A DNA stretch of 32,000 bases from Nitratidesulfovibrio vulgaris str. Hildenborough (GTDB lineage Bacteria > Desulfobacterota > Desulfovibrionia > Desulfovibrionales > Desulfovibrionaceae): the NCBI RefSeq assembly GCF_000195755.1, contig NC_002937.3, forward strand, positions 2,490,001 to 2,522,000, read 5' to 3'. Below are positions 14,911-23,814 of the stretch, one piece after another. Position 1 is the first letter of the stretch. The number at the start of each line of letters is the position of its first letter. The position numbers were made by a program, and so were the translations under genes. Under the pieces are notes generated by a model, which searched no databases, had not been told where the DNA came from, and worked only from the letters and a program-made list of their open reading frames with translations.

Positions 14911-16394
14911 CACAGCCCATGCTCCTTGATGTTCTTTTCTTCCACGGCGAACGACAGCAGCGGCGGCACCGCCTCCACGTCCATGCCCGCCCGGTAGTCG
15001 AACAGGTCACGCACCGAACGGTTCATCCACTGCTTCAGGGCCAGAACGGGGATGTTCACCGGGCATGCCCGCTGGCATTCGCCGCATTCGGTGCAGCGCC
15101 CGGCGAGATGCAGGGCGTGGATGATCTGGAACTGGAGCTTCTCGCGCACGTTGCCTTCCTGCGTCGTCCAGTGGGGGTCGCGGCTTTCGCCGATGCACTG
15201 GTCACGACACACGCACATGGGACAGGCGTTGCGGCAGGCGTAGCAGCGCAGGCAGCGCTCCATCTGACCGCGCCAGAAGCCGCGCCGCTGTTCGGGCGTC
15301 ATGGCGTCCAGCGCATCCAGACCGGGCGGAGCCGCCGGAGGTGCTCCGGCAGGGGTTGATGCGACACCCTCCACCACTTCGCCCAGCAGGGGCGACGGGG
15401 TGTCGCAGGTGCGGCATTTCTCGGCCACCACATCGGCAAGTTTCAGCTGCGCGGGGGTAGCCCCCGTCACGGTCAGCACGTCGCCCTCCACCGACATCGA
15501 TGCGGGCGCGGTGCCGGCATGGTCGCCGCCATCGTCGGTCCCCAGTGCCTTCTGCACCTGCGTCACGTCGACCACGCCCTCGCAGGGCATACCGAAGACC
15601 CGGACATTGTCGGGTTCGATGAGCTTCTCCTGCAGCAGTTCGATGACCGACCGGCTGTCGCAGCCCTTCACCACCACCCCCACCTTGCGGTTCTTGAACT
15701 GCGGCAGGTAGGTGGCGAGGTTATGTACGTTGAGCGGCCCCCAAGTGAGCTTGTCCACGTCTTCCGGCTTGCGCATGAAGAGCGGCGTGGCGTGCAGGGC
15801 GTCGTACCCCTGTTGCCAGCCGATGACGCAATCGAGTTCGGGCAGGGCGGCACGTATCCGTTCGCGCAGACGCTCAAGCGACTGGGCGAGAGAACCCGCA
15901 GGCGGATACGCCAGAGGACGCAGCGGGGCACGCAACGCATCCCCCGCCGCTGCGAGGGGCAGGTACGGCACGGCATCTTCGATATGCGGGGCGTGCCCAA
16001 GCTGATGCACCTTCTCCACGAAGGTCGACACCACGTTCTTCCAGCGTTGCCCTTCCGATGCCGACACCCACGTGTACTGGAACCGTTCCGGGTCGATGCC
16101 GAGGGCGGGCAGGAAGGACTTGAGCGTCTCAAGCCGACGCCGTGCGTAGAAGTTGCCGTGGCTGTAGTGACAGTCGCGCGGATGACAGCCGGAGACGAGC
16201 ACTCCGTCCGCACCGCTGATCAAGGCCTTGATGATGAAGAGCGGATCGACGCGCCCCGAACAGGGCACGCGCACGATACGCAGGTCGGTGGGCTGCGAGA
16301 AGCGGCCCACCCCGGCGGTGTCGGCACCGCCGTACGAACACCAGTTGCACAGGAACCCTACGACGCGGAGTTCCTTCCCCTTCAGGACAGGCAT
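14910..16394 (-). CDS. flxCD: FlxD-FlxC: MvhD-like N-terminal domain fused in frame to a 4Fe-4S subunit, 494 aa
   Basis: ATG-16394 gives MPVLKGKELRVVGFLCNWCSYGGADTAG...CSGRVDP...SGCHPRDCHY, the MvhD signature. The ORF continues without a stop into a domain ending CLRCYACRNACPMC / CTECGECQRACP. The track ORF extension to 16775 overlaps hdrA. Confidence 0.85.
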   Translation of the reverse strand: MPVLKGKELRVVGFLCNWCSYGGADTAGVGRFSQPTDLRIVRVPCSGRVDPLFIIKALISGADGVLVSGCHPRDCHYSHGNFYARRRLETLKSFLPALGIDPERFQYTWVSASEGQRWKNVVSTFVEKVHQLGHAPHIEDAVPYLPLAAAGDALRAPLRPLAYPPAGSLAQSLERLRERIRAALPELDCVIGWQQGYDALHATPLFMRKPEDVDKLTWGPLNVHNLATYLPQFKNRKVGVVVKGCDSRSVIELLQEKLIEPDNVRVFGMPCEGVVDVTQVQKALGTDDGGDHAGTAPASMSVEGDVLTVTGATPAQLKLADVVAEKCRTCDTPSPLLGEVVEGVASTPAGAPPAAPPGLDALDAMTPEQRRGFWRGQMERCLRCYACRNACPMCVCRDQCIGESRDPHWTTQEGNVREKLQFQIIHALHLAGRCTECGECQRACPVNIPVLALKQWMNRSVRDLFDYRAGMDVEAVPPLLSFAVEEKNIKEHGL

Positions 16395-18340
16395 AGTGCG
16401 TTGACCTCCGCGAGAATCTGATTGTCGGTGAAGTGCTGAAGCTGGATGGCCCCCTGCGGGCAGGTGACCGTGCAGATACCGCAGCCCTGACACACGGTCT
16501 CGATGACGCGGGCCTTGGTCTCGCCGCGCAGTTCCATCCATTCGATGGCACCGTAGGGGCAGGTGGTGATGCACTTGCCACAGCCGATGCAGCGACGCAC
16601 GTCGACCTGCGATATCTGCGGGTCGCTCTCGAGCTTTCCGCGCGCGAACAGTCCGAGCACCTTGGACGCTGCGGCACTGCCCTGCGCCACCGAGGACGGG
16701 ATGTCCTTGGGCCCCTGACACGAACCGGCGAGGTAGACACCTGCGGTGTTGGTCTCCACAGGGCGCAGCTTGCAATGGCTTTCCATGAAGAAACCATAGT
16801 TGTCGTAGGAGATGCGCAGCTTTTCGGCGAGTTGCGGCGCACCGCGCGAGGACTCGGCACCGACTGCCAGCACCACGAGGTCGGCGGGCACCTCCACCTG
16901 CTCACCCATCAGCGTATCCACACCGCGCACCAGATACGTATCGCCCTGCGGGACGATCATGGAGACCCGGCCGCGCACGTACTGCACGCCGTACTCCTCC
17001 ATGGCCCGACGGGTGAACTCCTCGTACATCTTCCCCGGTGCACGGATGTCCATGTAGAAGACATAGCTGCGCGAATCGGGGATGTGGTCCTTGGTCAGCA
17101 CCGCCTGCTTGGCGGTGTACATGCAGCAGAAACCGCTGCAATACGGACGGTCCACCGAACGGTCGCGCGACCCCACGCACTGGATGAACACCACGGTCTT
17201 CGGTTCCCTGCCGTCCGAGGGACGACGCACATGCCCGCCCGTGGGGCCGGATGCCGAGAGCAGCCGTTCGTACTGGAGCGAGGTGATGACGTCGGGATAC
17301 CGGCCGCCGCCGTACTCCGCATAGCGGGTATGGTCGAAGAGGTCGTAGCCGGTGGCGGTGACGATGGCACCCACGTCCTCCACGACAATCTCATCCTCCA
17401 TGTCGTAGCGGATGGCACCGGTGGGGCACATCTTGGCGCACACACCGCATTTGCCCTTCACGAACTGGCGGCACGCCGTGGGGTCGATGATCGCCTTCTT
17501 GGGAATGGCCTGCGGAAAGGGGATGTTGATGGCGGTGGTGACGCCCACATGCTCGTTGAAGGCGTCGGGAGACTTGCGGCTGGGGCATTTCTCCATGCAC
17601 AGGCCGCAGCCGGTGCACAGGTCCCAGTCCACATAGGTGGCCTTGCGCCGGATGTTCACCGTGAAGTTGCCCACATAGCCGCTTATGCTCTCGACCTCGG
17701 CATGGGCGTACAGGCGGATGTTGGGATGCTGCGCCACGTCCACCATCTTGGGGCCGAGGATGCAACTCGAACAGTCCACGGTGGGGAAGGTCTTGTCGAG
17801 TTTCGCCATCTTGCCGCCGATGGTCGATTCACGCTCGACGAGCACCACCTCGACGCCGCCGTCGGCACAGTCGAGGGCCGCCTGAATGCCCGCCACGCCG
17901 CCACCGATGACGAGCACGCGCTTCGTCACGTCGAACGACTTGGGGTAGAGGGGCGCGTTGAGGCGCAGCTTCTCCACCGCCATGCGGACGAGTTCAGCGG
18001 CCTTGTTGCTGTTGGCCTCACGGTCCTTGCCTATCCACGAGACATGCTCGCGGATGTTGGCCATTTCGAACATGTAGCGGTTGAGCCCTGCCCTCTCCAC
18101 CGTGCGGCGGAAGGTGGGTTCGTGCATCCGTGGTGTGCACGACGCCACCACCACGCCATCCAGCGCATGCTCGCGGATGGCGTCGACGATGGCGGCCTGC
18201 CCCGGTTCGGAGCATGCGTACATGGTGTCCGAGGCGAAGACCACATCCGGGTAGGCACGTGCGACGTCGGCCACACCGGGCACGTCCACGGTGCCGCCGA
18301 TGTTGCTGCCGCAGTGACAGACGAAAACACCTATTCTCAT
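16382..18340 (-). CDS. hdrA: Heterodisulfide reductase subunit A (FAD plus multiple 4Fe-4S clusters)
   Basis: MRIGVFVCHCGSNIGG N-terminus, FAD motif VLVIGGGVAGIQAA and four CxxCxxCxxxCP motifs. ATGA overlap with hdrB. Confidence 0.95.
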   Translation of the reverse strand: MRIGVFVCHCGSNIGGTVDVPGVADVARAYPDVVFASDTMYACSEPGQAAIVDAIREHALDGVVVASCTPRMHEPTFRRTVERAGLNRYMFEMANIREHVSWIGKDREANSNKAAELVRMAVEKLRLNAPLYPKSFDVTKRVLVIGGGVAGIQAALDCADGGVEVVLVERESTIGGKMAKLDKTFPTVDCSSCILGPKMVDVAQHPNIRLYAHAEVESISGYVGNFTVNIRRKATYVDWDLCTGCGLCMEKCPSRKSPDAFNEHVGVTTAINIPFPQAIPKKAIIDPTACRQFVKGKCGVCAKMCPTGAIRYDMEDEIVVEDVGAIVTATGYDLFDHTRYAEYGGGRYPDVITSLQYERLLSASGPTGGHVRRPSDGREPKTVVFIQCVGSRDRSVDRPYCSGFCCMYTAKQAVLTKDHIPDSRSYVFYMDIRAPGKMYEEFTRRAMEEYGVQYVRGRVSMIVPQGDTYLVRGVDTLMGEQVEVPADLVVLAVGAESSRGAPQLAEKLRISYDNYGFFMESHCKLRPVETNTAGVYLAGSCQGPKDIPSSVAQGSAAASKVLGLFARGKLESDPQISQVDVRRCIGCGKCITTCPYGAIEWMELRGETKARVIETVCQGCGICTVTCPQGAIQLQHFTDNQILAEVNALCLS

Positions 18341-19341
18341 GCCCTGCCCCCTTCGGCCCGTCCGGCCTCGTCTGGCCCGTCCTGCCCGGCGGCAGCGGAT
18401 GCCCTGACCGTCGTCGCCTTGCCGGAACGTACGGCAGCGGCCTTTTCAGCCTCGCGCGCCGCAAGGGCCTGTTCTGCACGGCGGAAGGCGATGGCCGGGT
18501 CGACACACAGCTGTTCAAGCCCCAGTTCGCTCTCGGGCACCCCAAGGGCACGCCCCAGAAGCTGGGTGAAGTAGAACACCGGCATGTCCATGGCGTGACC
18601 ACCGGGCCATGTGACCTGCGGCTGGCGCAGGTCGAGGTTCATCTGGCACAGCGGGCAGGCCACGACCACGGCGTGGGCCCCCGCGTCACGCGCGGCCCCG
18701 AGCAACCGGCCGGAAAGCCGGGCCACGATGTCGTTACGCGCGACGCCATACGAAGCCCCGCAGCATTCCACCTTGTAGGGATAGGGAACGACCTCCGCCC
18801 CAAGCGCGGTGAGCAGGTCGTCCATCGATGTGGGGTTCTCCGGGTCGTCGAAGCGCATCACGTCGGCGGGACGGGTCATGATGCACCCGTAGTACGGGGC
18901 GACGCGCAACCCGGCGAGGGGACGGCGCACCTTGGCGCGGATGGCGTCAAGCCCCACGCGCGTGACCAGCATCTCGAGCATGGAGTGGACATCGGGCAGT
19001 GTGGCGAGCGCATCGGCGGGCTCGTCGAGAAGGCGCCCCACCGCGGCCCTGAAACCGTCATCGGCCATGCGGTGACGGGCGGTCTTGAGATTCGAGAGAC
19101 AACTGGGACATGGGGTGGCCACGGCCTCGCAGCCCGCACGGGCGGCCCCCACGAGATTGCGCGCCGAGAGTGCGCCGGACAGCGTATGATCCAGCGCGTG
19201 GGCCGGGGTCGAGCCACAGCAACTCCAGTCGGGAATCTCCGTAAGCGCCACCCCCAGCGCCGCGCAGACGGCACGGGTGGACCGTTCGTACTCGCGCGAG
19301 GTGCCAAGGCCGGAACAGCCGGGATAGTAGGCGAGATTCAT
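18337..19341 (-). CDS. hdrB: Heterodisulfide reductase subunit B (two CCG domains)
   Basis: MNLAYYPGCS.., CCG motifs WSCCGSTP and VECCGASY. ATGA overlap with hdrC. It has an Ala-rich C-terminal tail. Confidence 0.95.
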   Translation of the reverse strand: MNLAYYPGCSGLGTSREYERSTRAVCAALGVALTEIPDWSCCGSTPAHALDHTLSGALSARNLVGAARAGCEAVATPCPSCLSNLKTARHRMADDGFRAAVGRLLDEPADALATLPDVHSMLEMLVTRVGLDAIRAKVRRPLAGLRVAPYYGCIMTRPADVMRFDDPENPTSMDDLLTALGAEVVPYPYKVECCGASYGVARNDIVARLSGRLLGAARDAGAHAVVVACPLCQMNLDLRQPQVTWPGGHAMDMPVFYFTQLLGRALGVPESELGLEQLCVDPAIAFRRAEQALAAREAEKAAAVRSGKATTVRASAAAGQDGPDEAGRAEGGRA

Positions 19342-19898
19342 CGCGTCCTCTCCTCCTCGAAGCGCTGGAAGATGCGGGCGATCTCGTCCCGTCCCCTGAT
19401 GCCGTGCGGCAGGGGCGACAGCTTGCCCTTGGGGGCGATGCGCGGCAGCAGGTCGATATCCGTCAGCACACGCCCGGTGCGGGCCACATAGTTGGCCACG
19501 ACCCCGAGTTCATAGACCCGCCCGTGTTTGCGTACCGAAGCCAGAAAGGCGTCCCAGAACGTGGTCACGCATCTCTCGGCGCCCCTGCCCTCACGGCGGG
19601 CCATGTGCCGCAGGACGTCCATCACCCTTGCCACGTCGATGTTGTTGGGACAACGGGTCGTACAACTGGAGCAGGACAGGCACAGCCATATGGAACGGCT
19701 GTTCAGCACCTTCTCCTTTCTGCCCGCCTGCAGGTTGCGCATGATCTGGCTGACCTGGATGTCATAGGCGAACCCACACGGACACCCCGCCGTACAGTTG
19801 CCGCACTGGTAGCAGTGCGAAAGATCCTGCCCGCTCTCTTCCATCACCGCATGGATGAAGGATTCGTCGCGGGCAGTCTCAAGGTTGGTCACGTCCAT
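19338..19898 (-). CDS. hdrC: Heterodisulfide reductase subunit C (two 4Fe-4S motifs)
   Basis: CYQCGNCTAGCP and CLSCSSCTTRCP. The start is taken at ATG-19898 (MDVTNLE..). The upstream ATG-19988 of the track would translate through a 12-bp inverted repeat and is less likely. Confidence 0.85.
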   Translation of the reverse strand: MDVTNLETARDESFIHAVMEESGQDLSHCYQCGNCTAGCPCGFAYDIQVSQIMRNLQAGRKEKVLNSRSIWLCLSCSSCTTRCPNNIDVARVMDVLRHMARREGRGAERCVTTFWDAFLASVRKHGRVYELGVVANYVARTGRVLTDIDLLPRIAPKGKLSPLPHGIRGRDEIARIFQRFEEERTR

Positions 19899-19938
19899 GT
19901 CGTTTCCCGGCACGTTGCGGTTGCGCGCCCCGGATAAC

Positions 19939-19974
19939 GCTGCGGGAAGGGTCTGGAGTCCACCTTCCCGCAGC
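19939..19974. promoter_or_regulatory. Perfect 12-bp inverted repeat in the hdrC upstream/leader region
   Basis: GCTGCGGGAAGG-12 nt-CCTTCCCGCAGC lies 41-76 nt upstream of ATG-19898. It could be an operator or a leader RNA hairpin. Confidence 0.4.
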
Positions 19975-20125
19975 TTCCGGAAGCACAAGTAGGGACATTG
20001 CCAAAACCGGTCTGGGCCGATGCGTTCACTCCGCTAGCGGAGAGGGCGGTGAATCTTCACGCCACCGTGAGGTGGTGTAACGCCGCTACTGGCAGACGAC
20101 CCACGCCCGGTTCTGTCTGTACTCC

Positions 20126-21307
20126 TTACAGGGCCGCTTCGTAAATGGCTGCGACGTCAGCATCCGTCGGACAACGCGGATTGGTCAGGCCGCAGGCGTC
20201 CTTCTGCGCGTTCTTGGTCATGATGGCGATGTCGGCGGCCTTGACGTCCTTGCCGTAACGCTTGCCAAGCGCCACCAGACCGGCGGGGATGCCCACATCG
20301 GTGGACAGGCACTTGATGGCGCTGATGGCCCTTTCGGCGGCTTCACGCGTGGACAGACCGGCGATGTTCTCGCCCATCAGCTGTGCGATGCGGGCGTAGC
20401 GGTCAAGCTTGGCGATGAGGTTGAACTTGGAGACGTGGGGCAGCAGGATGGCGTTGCACTCGCCGTGCGGCAGGTCGTAGAAACCGCCAAGCTGGTGCGC
20501 CATGGCATGGACATGGCCGAGGCTGGCATTGTTGAAGGCCATGCCGGCAAGGTACTGCGCGAAGCACATGCGTTCGCGGGCCTCGAGGTCCTGACCGTTG
20601 GCAACGGCACGGCGCAGGAAGGTGGCGATGAGCGTGATGGCCTGTTCTGCGCAGGCGTCGGTCATGGGGGTGGCGATGGTGGAGACGTAGGCTTCCACGG
20701 CGTGGGTCAGGGCGTCCATGCCGGTGGCCGCGGTGAGTGCGGGGGGCATTCCGAGCATCAGCAGGGGGTCGTCGAGGGCGATGTTCGGGGTCACGCGCCA
20801 GTCGACGATGGCCATCTTCACCTTGCGGCTGGTGTCGGTGATGATGCAGAAGCGGGTCATCTCCGAAGCGGTGCCTGCCGTGGTGTTGACCGCAAGGTAG
20901 GGGGGCATGCGCTGGGTCGACTTGTCCACGCCTTCGAAGTCGTGAATCTTGCCGCCGTTGGCGACGACGAGGCCGATGCCCTTGCCACAGTCGTGCGAGC
21001 TGCCGCCACCGAGGGTGATGAGGCTGTCGCACTTGTTCTTCTTGTAGACGTCGACACCCTTGTGGACGTTGTCGTCCGTGGGGTTGGGGATGGTCTCGTC
21101 ATACACGCTGTAGGCCATCTTCGCGGCGTCGAGAAGGTCGGTTATCTGCTTCAGGATGCCAGCCTTGACGATGCCCATGTCGGTGACGATGAGCGGCTTC
21201 GACCCGCCAAGCGCCTTGATCTTTTCAGGAATGGCCTTGGAGGCACCGATGCCGATGAGGGTCACCCGGGGAATGAAGAAACCGTAGACCTGTTCCTGTA
21301 CTGCCAT
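20126..21307 (-). CDS. adh: Iron-containing alcohol dehydrogenase, 393 aa (major ethanol dehydrogenase-type)
   Basis: Full-length Fe-ADH pattern (GGGSSHDCGKG, HAVEAY, HVHAMAHQLGG..HG). GAGGTAGG Shine-Dalgarno. It sits directly upstream of hdrCBA-flxDCBA. Confidence 0.95.
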   Translation of the reverse strand: MAVQEQVYGFFIPRVTLIGIGASKAIPEKIKALGGSKPLIVTDMGIVKAGILKQITDLLDAAKMAYSVYDETIPNPTDDNVHKGVDVYKKNKCDSLITLGGGSSHDCGKGIGLVVANGGKIHDFEGVDKSTQRMPPYLAVNTTAGTASEMTRFCIITDTSRKVKMAIVDWRVTPNIALDDPLLMLGMPPALTAATGMDALTHAVEAYVSTIATPMTDACAEQAITLIATFLRRAVANGQDLEARERMCFAQYLAGMAFNNASLGHVHAMAHQLGGFYDLPHGECNAILLPHVSKFNLIAKLDRYARIAQLMGENIAGLSTREAAERAISAIKCLSTDVGIPAGLVALGKRYGKDVKAADIAIMTKNAQKDACGLTNPRCPTDADVAAIYEAAL

Positions 21308-21388
21308 GACTGCCTACCTCGCTGAGTTGGGGTTAGCGATGTCATCGCGGAGTACGACTACCCCGCGAACATTCTTCACCATCATCTA

Positions 21389-21404
21389 AGCAAGGAAGGG
21401 GCCA
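21389..21404 (-). promoter_or_regulatory. Sigma-54 (-24/-12) promoter candidate for adh
   Basis: The minus strand reads TGGCCC-CTTCC-TTGCT, with correct GG-N10-GC spacing and an intact TTGCT. It lies about 80-95 nt upstream of ATG-21307. Confidence 0.5.
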
Positions 21405-21431
21405 AACACTGTTTTCCATGAAATACATACA

Positions 21432-21449
21432 GTTATACATTAGTATAAC
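21432..21449. promoter_or_regulatory. AT-rich palindrome upstream of the adh promoter
   Basis: GTTATAC-ATTA-GTATAAC has perfect 7-bp arms. It lies about 30-45 bp upstream of the -24 element. Confidence 0.35.
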
Positions 21450-21549
21450 ATGATTCGCTGTATCCTTCGGGGCATGGGCCACCCTGCCGGTGTTTCTTTT
21501 CAGGCGACAGGCAGCCCACACGACACTCACGAAACAAAAAAAGACCATG

Positions 21550-21571
21550 ATGACAATACGTTGTCATGACA
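21550..21571. promoter_or_regulatory. Overlapping palindromes (candidate upstream activator site) in the adh upstream region
   Basis: ATGACAA-TACG-TTGTCAT (7-bp arms) overlaps the perfect 10-bp palindrome TGTCATGACA. It lies about 150 bp upstream of the -24 element. Confidence 0.35.
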
Positions 21572-21891
21572 TGGTCAAAATGATGCACCAGCAGAGACCG
21601 TTTGGGTCGAAATGCCACATATGCCAGAAAAAACATAGATGGCTGGACAAAACACCCCGGACGAGTCTCGCGAAGCCCGCAACCACACGCGTGCACAACC
21701 ATGGCCATGCAAGCTTGTGAAGGCATGGGAGACCACACGGTGCCGTCATTCAGCCGAAACAACTCGTCCGGACCACTCGGCCGGAACAACGCGGCTGGCA
21801 CCGTCCCTCCCCGATACCGTCACCGGTCTATGCGCAACAGCGGCGACTCAAGGGGCACCGTGAAGAGGGCTTCAGCCCTGAAGCATGGATA

Positions 21892-22392
21892 CTAGTCACG
21901 CGCGCGCCGTCCGGGGTCGGGCACGAGACGTCCCACGCGCACGGTATACCTGCGCCATGCCTCACCGTATCTGGCTAGCATGATGGCCTCGTCTGCGACC
22001 ACGGCGTCGCGGAACACGGCCCACGCCGTCACAGGCCCGGCAAGCATGAGCCACGACCCGGCAAGCAGTGCCACCCCCGGCAGGATGCCGAAAATCCACC
22101 CTGCCTCCATGGGATTGCGCGTATAGCGGTACAGGCCTTCACTCGGGAACGTCCCGTCACGGATGGAACGGCGCACCTCATGGCGTGCCTGCCTGATACA
22201 GACGCCCCCCGCGACAAAGAGCAGGCAGCCCAGGACAAACCATACATATCGGGGCAACAGCCCCAGACTGAACAGGTCCGGTGCCCATACCGTGCACACC
22301 GCCCCTGCCGCTTCGACCAGAAGCGCAGGCAGCAGCACCCGAGCACTCACACCCCAGAACGGCCCGTGTAGCAATCCGGCATCACTGGACAT
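21892..22392 (-). CDS. Isoprenylcysteine carboxyl methyltransferase (ICMT/PEMT)-family membrane methyltransferase
   Basis: Multiple TM helices and the family motif GLYRYTRNPM. AAGGAGAA Shine-Dalgarno before ATG-22392. Confidence 0.8.
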   Translation of the reverse strand: MSSDAGLLHGPFWGVSARVLLPALLVEAAGAVCTVWAPDLFSLGLLPRYVWFVLGCLLFVAGGVCIRQARHEVRRSIRDGTFPSEGLYRYTRNPMEAGWIFGILPGVALLAGSWLMLAGPVTAWAVFRDAVVADEAIMLARYGEAWRRYTVRVGRLVPDPGRRARD

Positions 22393-22746
22393 GGCGTTCT
22401 CCTTCGGTAGAGGGATTGCGCTTCCACTTTACGCCACACCTGCCACGGGGTGAAGAAAAAAACGTGCAATGCCGGAAGATGGCAGGGGGCATGACGCCGC
22501 ATGGTGCGACATCATCCCCTCCGTCATGTCGCCGGGGTGCCGTACACATGCATGATGACCGATGCATGAAGCAGCCTACGGACAGAAAGATGTCAGACGC
22601 TGCGTGGGCGCAGGGTGCATCCCATACGGCCCCCTCTGCGCAGGACGAGGTAAAACCCAACCACGGAACCCAACCACGGGCCTTGGCATCTGATACCGCC
22701 CTTCGAGCGTGGCTTCCCTCACCGGCGACAGCTGCGAGACGGTCGT

Positions 22747-23559
22747 TCAGCGGTCGACTCTACTCTCTGCGGCGTCATAACGCTCCATGAGTGCTTTATA
22801 CGACCCGTCGGCTATCATGGCCGCGAGTCCTGCATCGAAGGCCCGGATGATGTCCTGCGCACCGGGGTTGTCCGGGTAGGCGACGACGTAAAGGTCATTG
22901 GTCACAAGAGGAGGCTCGATGAACGCCACCTGTCCGGCAAGGTCTGCCGGCAACTGTTCCAGTTGCGTCCGGGCCACGAGTTCGTCTTCGATGATGAGGT
23001 CGACTCTGCCGGAAACGAGCTTGCGTACGTTATCCTTGAAGTTGGTCACCTCCTCACGCCTGATGGAGGTGTCGGCCATGAACGCATCGGTATAGCCATA
23101 GCCCCTTATCGTCCCCACGGTCTTGCCCTTCAGACTCTCCTGTCCCGCAAAGACGAAGCTTTCTCCGGCACGCTGCATGAAGAGCAGTCTGTTACGCGCA
23201 AAAGGTCGGCTGAACAGGTAGCGCTTTGCCCGTGCCTCCGTGCGCCAGCAATTGATGAGCAGGTCCACCCCGCCGCGTTCAAGGCGTTGTTCGGCCCGCA
23301 CCCATGGCAGATAGACCATGGTCACGGTGTAGCCCGACCGCCCCAGTGCCAGTGACAGGATTTCAAGCGTGAGCCCATGGGCGGGGTGTGCCGGGTCGGC
23401 ATAGGGCGGCCACGGGTCGGCGGTGGCGATGACGGGACGTGAGGTCGATTCCGCCCGCGAAGCGTCCGTACCGAATCCCATGACCGAAAGGCCAGACACC
23501 ATAAGGGCCAGCAAACCTATACGAAAGCAGTTCTTCACCTGCCCTCCCCCGGTGTCCAT
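22747..23559 (-). CDS. Periplasmic solute-binding protein (family 3, amino-acid ABC-type)
   Basis: Signal peptide (..KNCFRIGLLALMVSGLSVMGFG) followed by an SBP_bac_3-like pattern (ADPWPPYAD...VGTIRGYGY...D). The start is uncertain: ATG-23559, GTG-23538 (GGGAGGG upstream) or the track start 23610. Confidence 0.8.
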   Translation of the reverse strand: MDTGGGQVKNCFRIGLLALMVSGLSVMGFGTDASRAESTSRPVIATADPWPPYADPAHPAHGLTLEILSLALGRSGYTVTMVYLPWVRAEQRLERGGVDLLINCWRTEARAKRYLFSRPFARNRLLFMQRAGESFVFAGQESLKGKTVGTIRGYGYTDAFMADTSIRREEVTNFKDNVRKLVSGRVDLIIEDELVARTQLEQLPADLAGQVAFIEPPLVTNDLYVVAYPDNPGAQDIIRAFDAGLAAMIADGSYKALMERYDAAESRVDR

Positions 23560-23814
23560 GTTCCCCCGGACGATCAAGACATGCAACGCTGCTGCCGGTG
23601 CAACAGGCACATCATGTCCATTGTGCCCACATCACAGCAGGTATGCAACGCCCCCCTGGCAGATTCCCGTCTGAACATGTGCCGGGGGGCTTCTCCCCCG
23701 TATTGCACCGTGAGGATACCGTGCTATGCTGAACGGAATCCACCCCGATATCCTGTGGATGCCACATCTCCCATTTTCAACCCGGGGCATCCGCGTCCCG
23801 GAAAGGAGAAAGCC

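Noticed and set aside
16433-18574. 713-aa plus-strand ORF antisense to hdrA/hdrB
   Set aside because: This is a shadow ORF typical of GC-rich DNA. Its composition is Arg/Gly/Ala/His-rich and unlike a real protein, and it has no RBS. The opposite strand encodes unmistakable HdrA/HdrB with all cofactor motifs.
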